From the NCBI RefSeq assembly GCF_902713615.1, contig NC_052162.1, positions 112,495,811 through 112,559,810 of the forward strand: a DNA stretch of 64,000 bases, read 5' to 3'. The DNA comes from Scyliorhinus canicula. Lineage: Eukaryota. Of this stretch, positions 59,266 to 64,000 are shown one piece after another (the first letter of the stretch is position 1; each line of letters opens with the position of its first letter). The notes beneath the pieces were generated by a model. It ran no database searches. It had not been told where the DNA came from and was given only the letters and a program-made list of their open reading frames with translations. The translations under genes were made by a program, and so were the position numbers.

Positions 59266-60976
59266 CAATGGTTCTCAACCGGGGTCCACATGGACCCTGG
59301 GGGTCCATGTAACATTACTGGGGGTCCACACAAATAAAATACTGAATTGGGGGTCCACAGTGATATTTCAGTGGTCCATAGAGCAATTCTACTTCAGAAC
59401 AAATTAGACTCTCTCTCTCTCTCTCTCGCACTGACAAAGGTCAAAGAGAGATTATAATCTATCTAATTTACCTTGAGGGCTGAAGGAGCTCAGAACCAAA
59501 AAGGTGCATTTGCTGTGGCCCTAATTGTCCCACTAATCTCCCTTGGATTAGTTTACCACGCTAATGAAGGAAGGATTAACGGCATTAACTTCTTTAGTAG
59601 CAGAAACGATTTCGGTTGAAACTATCAACTCTCAGGAGCTATAAATGACTGGCAAATACAAAGGTTTTATTACATTCTTGAAAAAGGCTGTCCCCGAAGT
59701 ATTTTGCATACACTGTGTGATACACCGTCAACACTTAGTTGCAAAGCAATTGGGCGGACGTCTGCATGATGCCCTTAGTGTTGTGATAAAAGTGGTTAAC
59801 CATATTAAATCAAATTCTCTTCGAGATCGCCTCTTTCGTGAATTCTGCAGAGAAAATGGAGAAGAGTTTGAACGCCTTGTAATGCATACTGAGGTGAGGT
59901 GGTTATCAAAGGGGAATTGTCTTCATCGTTTTACTGAACTTTGGGACTCTATTGTCTTATTTCTGGCTAACACCCAGCTTGGAGAACAACTGCTTGCAGC
60001 TAAATGTGATGTATTTTACTTATCTGATATATTTGAAAAAATTAATTTACTTAATAAACAGCTCGAAGGAAAACATTCTGATCTCATATCCAGTAAAGGT
60101 GCTATTACTGCTTTTCTGAGAAAACTGCCGCTGTACAAAATTAATATCAGACGTCGTGCATTTGAACAGTTTCCTTGTTTGACCTCGATTAGCAGCGATT
60201 TGCACGATGATGACCTTGCATTGTATGCTGAATATTTGGAAAATTTGCATGAAAATATGCAAGCTCGGTTTAGTGACCTACTCATGATGGATATACCAAC
60301 TTGGGTGGCAATTCCTTTTGAAGTTAATGCTGCCAATGTAGACATTTCTTTACAGGAGACCCTCATTGAATTACAAAGTGATGAAATATTGCACGCAAAA
60401 TTCAAAGATGGAAAGCATAATATATGGAAAACAAATGACACTGCTAAAAAGTACCCACTACTCTGGGATAAAGCACAGCTCTACGTTATAGCTTTTCCAT
60501 CATCTTACCTTGTTGAATCAGAATTTAGTGGTGTTCTTCACTTATTATCAAAAGCTCGTAATAGACTCGACATTGTGAAAAAGGGTGATCTTCGACTATC
60601 ATTGACCGCGATGGAGCCGAATATAAAAAAACTCGCTGAGCAGCATCAACCACAGGGATCTCATTGAATAAATCTGCATTTTTTTCTTAATTACTCACTT
60701 AGGCCTATCTTAAAATGGTTTATTATGAATTATTTACTAGTGTACATAATGCTCTATAGAATTTAATTGTTAAATATGTTTATTTGCAATAAATTAGTTT
60801 TCCTTCAAAATAAAGCATAATCATTTACTATTTCTTTAATATTTGATACAATTCCTTTACTTTTTTGTTAGTGAAAAATATAAGAAGCTTGTTTTTCTGT
60901 GGAATGGCTATGGGGGTCCACAAAAAAAAATTAAGACGAAAAGGGGTCCATGGTTAAAAAAGGTTGAGAACCACTG
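59266..60976 (+). mobile_element. hAT (Buster/Charlie-type) DNA transposon, internally deleted
   Basis: TIR CA(A/G)TGGTTCTCAACC; perfect 8-bp TSD ATGTAAAC (59258-59265 / 60977-60984); GGGGTCCA subterminal repeats at both ends. Confidence 0.95.
59645..60667 (+). CDS. N-terminally truncated hAT transposase (340 aa, uninterrupted)
   Basis: HCVIHRQHL (CxxH), HTEVRWLSKG, FPSSYLVESEFS, RNRLDI...DLRLSLT; lacks the BED finger and first two catalytic Asp. Confidence 0.75.
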   Translation: MTGKYKGFITFLKKAVPEVFCIHCVIHRQHLVAKQLGGRLHDALSVVIKVVNHIKSNSLRDRLFREFCRENGEEFERLVMHTEVRWLSKGNCLHRFTELWDSIVLFLANTQLGEQLLAAKCDVFYLSDIFEKINLLNKQLEGKHSDLISSKGAITAFLRKLPLYKINIRRRAFEQFPCLTSISSDLHDDDLALYAEYLENLHENMQARFSDLLMMDIPTWVAIPFEVNAANVDISLQETLIELQSDEILHAKFKDGKHNIWKTNDTAKKYPLLWDKAQLYVIAFPSSYLVESEFSGVLHLLSKARNRLDIVKKGDLRLSLTAMEPNIKKLAEQHQPQGSH

Positions 60977-61316
60977 ATGTAAACTGTGGCTTTAATCGAC
61001 TAGAACAGTGCCTGCCTGCGACTGCTCTGCTACTGAGAGCCGCCTACAGGGCTGCTGCTCTTTATACCTACCCTCAAGGGGAGGAGCCAAGGGCGGAGCC
61101 CACAAAGGCACCAACATTATACATCACAGGTAATACCTTACAATGGTCCATAGGTGGAGCCCTCATGGGCAAGAGCGTGATACAATGACATACATGATGA
61201 ATGGTTAATGCAATACGTTCACCACACATTCAAAATTGGGGATAAAGTATTGAGCTATCTTCCTGAGGAAAATCAAAATGACCGGAAAGAGTCATTACAG
61301 TCACACAGAGCCGTGT

Positions 61317-61349
<33 letters not shown>

Positions 61350-61569
61350 TATAATTTGAGACGTACAAAAGTAATTACGCAGGATGTAGCTATTGGAAAT
61401 GATGTTCCCATTAAACAACACCCTGCAAGCTCAACCCACTCACGGCAGCACAGGTACAAACCGAGATGGCTGATTTACATAAATGAAAAGTTGAAACCAA
61501 AAGGAAAATGCTGGAAAATCTCACAGGTCTGGCAGCGTCTGTAGGGAGAGAAAAGAGCTAACAAAGAAA

Positions 61570-61750
61570 AGTATCTACGATGTGACCAACTCGCTAAACG
61601 TGCTATCCACGGCTCCCTCAGCATCGCGGATGCTCCAAAGTGAGTCCATCCGCAGCTCCAGAGCCGTCTCACGGTCTAACAGGAACTGCAGCTGCACACA
61701 CTTCTTGCACGTGAAGGAGCCAGGGACAGTGGGCGTGTCCCTGAACTCCC
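61570..61750 (-). mobile_element. CR1 ORF1 fragment
   Basis: 'FTCKKCVQLQFLLDRETALELRMDSL', a zinc-finger/leucine-zipper start typical of CR1 ORF1. Confidence 0.6.
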
Positions 61751-61751
61751 A

Positions 61752-62070
61752 AAGAACAAAGTACTGCACAGGAACAGGCCCTTCGGGTCAACAAAGCCTG
61801 TGCCGACCATGCTGCCCATCTAAACTAAAATCTTCTACACTTCCAGGGTCCGCATCCCTCTATTCCCATCCTATTCATGTATTTGTCAAGATGCCCCTTA
61901 AACGTCACTATCGTCCCTGCTTCCACCACCTCCTCCAGCAGCGAGTTCCAGGCACCCACTACCCTCTGTGTAAAAAAACTTGCCTCGTACATCTACTCTA
62001 AACCTTGCCCCTCGCACCTTAAACCTATGCCCCCTAGTAATTGACCCCTCTGCCCTGGGAAAAACTCTAT
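61752..62070 (-). mobile_element. CR1 LINE 3' end
   Basis: 'FPRAEGSITRGHRFKVRGARFRVDVRGKFF'; reverse complement of 53250-53470. Confidence 0.85.
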
Positions 62071-62071
62071 C

Positions 62072-62225
62072 CAACGTTTCAAGTCCAGATGAACCTTTGT
62101 CAAAGCTGTGACGAAGGATCATCTGGACTCGAAACGTTAGCTCTTTTCTCTCCCTACAGATACTGAGATTTTCCAGCATTTTCTTTTTGGTTTCAGAGTC
62201 CAGCATCCGCAGTCATTTGCTTTAA
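62072..62225. mobile_element. Penelope terminal repeats, inverted pair with hammerhead motifs
   Basis: 62073-62106(-) and 62104-62142(+) GTGACGAAGGATCATCTGGACTCGAAACGTTAGCT. Confidence 0.7.
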
Positions 62226-63139
62226 ACCAATGAAAAATAGAACTTGACAAAGTGAATGGAGAACTGAATGCTAGGAAGCAGCTGGCACGGAAGAGAAAGC
62301 GAGTCTGGAAAGGCAGACTCGGACGAAAGTTGAGATCCAGCAACAGATTACACAGGAACTCCAGCGTACCAGCAATCATCTGCATGAGATCGGAGAGGAG
62401 CGACAACATCTACAACAAGGGAGGGAGATACTCACAAGACAGGTTTTTAAATATTTGTTCATGGGATGTGGGCGTCGCAGGCTTTGCCAGCATTTATTGC
62501 CCATCCCTAATTGCTCTTGAGGGGCAGTTAAGAGTCAACCATATTGTTGTGGGTCTGGAGTCACATGTAGGCCAGACCAGGTAAGGATGGCAGAGTTCCT
62601 TCCCTCAAGGACATTAGTGAACCAGTTGATACGAAAGGAACTGCAGGAACTCTGGAGCTCCAAGAGCAGTCACATTCTTATCATAATGATGACACAGGAA
62701 GTGATGTCACTCAAATCTGGTCAGGAAGAACAGATGAAGGATTTGAAGCTGTGTCACTGTTTGACAGAGAGCATCGTCTGTGGTGGAATCGGAGACTGAA
62801 GAGCTGGTACTGCGTGGGTCTCATCGCCACAATACAAAACGGACAGGGTAGGTGGATTGGCAACGCTAAATTGCCCCTTAATTGACATTTTTAAAAAAAA
62901 ACAAAATATTTGGCATCACAATCCACCCGTTAAAAAGCACAAAATTTCTAACCTTGGCCACTTTGTCAGTAGTACAGGCCTTCGAAATCTTCTCCCAGTG
63001 GTTAAGTGAGACCGCTTTGACTCTACAAAACATACCTTCCTCTGTCACTATAATGGCGAGTCTGACCACTGACTCACTTTTTGTGCTTCGAGATCGGACA
63101 TGGCAAATAATGATCGCATCAAGGTTAACTATATTGCAA

Positions 63140-64000
63140 AGCCGATCTGGCAAGGTGGGATGGTCTCCCTCTGTCACTGGCGGGTCGGGTACAGGCGGTT
63201 AAAATGTATGTTGCGATTTCTGATTATTTTTCAATGCCTGCCGATTTTCCTGCCGAAGGCTTTTTTCAGAGAGATTGAGGGAAGGATTATTTCATTCATA
63301 TGGGGAGAGAAGGTGGCCAGAGTTAGAAAGGTGCTGCTACAGAGGGGAAGGCAGGCAGGGGGATTGGGTCTCCCGAACCTGATGTATTACTACTGGGCGG
63401 CAAATGTGGAGAAGGTGCGGAGCTGGGTCAGAGGGGTTGATTCCCAGTGGGTCAGAATGGAGGAGAGGTTGTGCAGGGGGTCAGGATCAAAAGCGCCGCT
63501 CCCGATAGTTCCTGGGAAATACTCAGGGAGTCCGGTAATAATAGCTTCATTGAAAATCTGGAGGCAGTTTTGCCAACACTTCAGGTTGGGGGCAGGGTCG
63601 AGGGAAATGCCGATTCGGGGAAACCACAGATTTGAGCCAGGGTAGTATGATTGAAGTTTTCGGAAATGGGAAGAGAAGGGGATTAAGACGGTAAAAGATT
63701 TGTTTCTTAGGGGTCGGTTTTAGGACTGAAGGAGCTGGAAGTGAAGTATGGGCTGGAGCAGGGAGAAATGTTCAGATACATGCAGGTTCGAGATTTTGCC
63801 AGGAGATTCAGAGCTTCCCAGAGGAAACGGCCTCCACACTGCTTGAGGAGGTGCTGACAACAAAGGGGACAGGAGAAGGGGATAGTGTCAACGGAGTACA
63901 GAGCTATTTTGGAAGAGGATAAGGCACCACTGGAAGGGATCACAGCAAAGTGGGAGGAAGAGTTGGGAGAGGTTATAGAGGAGGGGGTCTGGTGTGAGGT
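63140..64000 (+). mobile_element. L1/Tx1 ORF2 fragment
   Basis: ORF 63100..63645 'FQCLPIFLPKAFF...GGLGLPNLMYYYWA'. Confidence 0.9.

Larger units (their letters stand above)
59222..61226 (-). mobile_element. Small solo LTR (about 290 bp) split by a hAT insertion
   Basis: TGACGCGACCATCAATT...TTCACCACA; perfect 5-bp TSD CATTC (59217-59221 / 61227-61231). Confidence 0.85.
58220..61470 (+). mobile_element. Decayed Gmr1-like Gypsy pol fragment (integrase upstream of RT)
   Basis: 'TIMDVSTRFLKAIPLRNI', 'IPFVLFAIRDAPNES', 'KAKFRRPYQIERKLNEV', followed downstream by the RT N-terminus 'DVAIGNDVPIKQHP' (about 61380). Confidence 0.65.

Noticed and set aside
61317-61348. Long poly-G/C runs (also about 7985, 24205, 38190, 39513, 40733) as G-quadruplex elements
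   Set aside because: Homopolymer expansions inside TEs with unreliable lengths; no conserved context.
62252-62584. Basic 110-aa ORF, possible RTE LINE end
   Set aside because: No convincing CCHC motif; the second half is a known LINE 3' UTR; cannot be assigned.

Overview
Eukaryotic, repeat-saturated genomic DNA from a cartilaginous fish, most likely a catshark-type elasmobranch. This is inferred from HE1-like SINEs, CR1/HER1 LINEs and '[14 protein letters not shown]' zinc-finger genes. The host scaffold is a C2H2 zinc-finger (ZNF) gene cluster: two intact convergent paralogues (10 fingers at 19562-20407 +, 9 fingers at 56497-57267 -), two ZNF remnants, and two homologous mirror-symmetric bidirectional promoter cassettes (about 2.9-3.7 kb and 14.0-15.2 kb). 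The rest is nested mobile DNA: a full-length Ty3/Gypsy element (7063-11384), a decayed env-bearing endogenous retrovirus (21592-36316), Copia and Gmr1-like fragments, several solo LTRs, two hAT elements, a foldback/Mutator-like MITE, Harbinger-like MITEs, Penelope fragments, L1/Tx1 and CR1 LINEs, and more than 25 SINEs. Most notable signals: (1) an RPLP1 retrocopy embedded inside a hAT transposon; (2) a Gypsy element with no tRNA primer-binding site whose leader is complementary to its own LTR poly(A) region; (3) a -1 ribosomal frameshift signal at the ERV gag-pro junction; (4) Penelope hammerhead ribozymes with a compensated U3-A8 core; (5) palindromic ZNF promoter cassettes; (6) a young 9-bp-TSD foldback element carrying an array of perfect palindromes. 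No prokaryotic features (CRISPR, operons) are present. All calls were made by eye without database searches.
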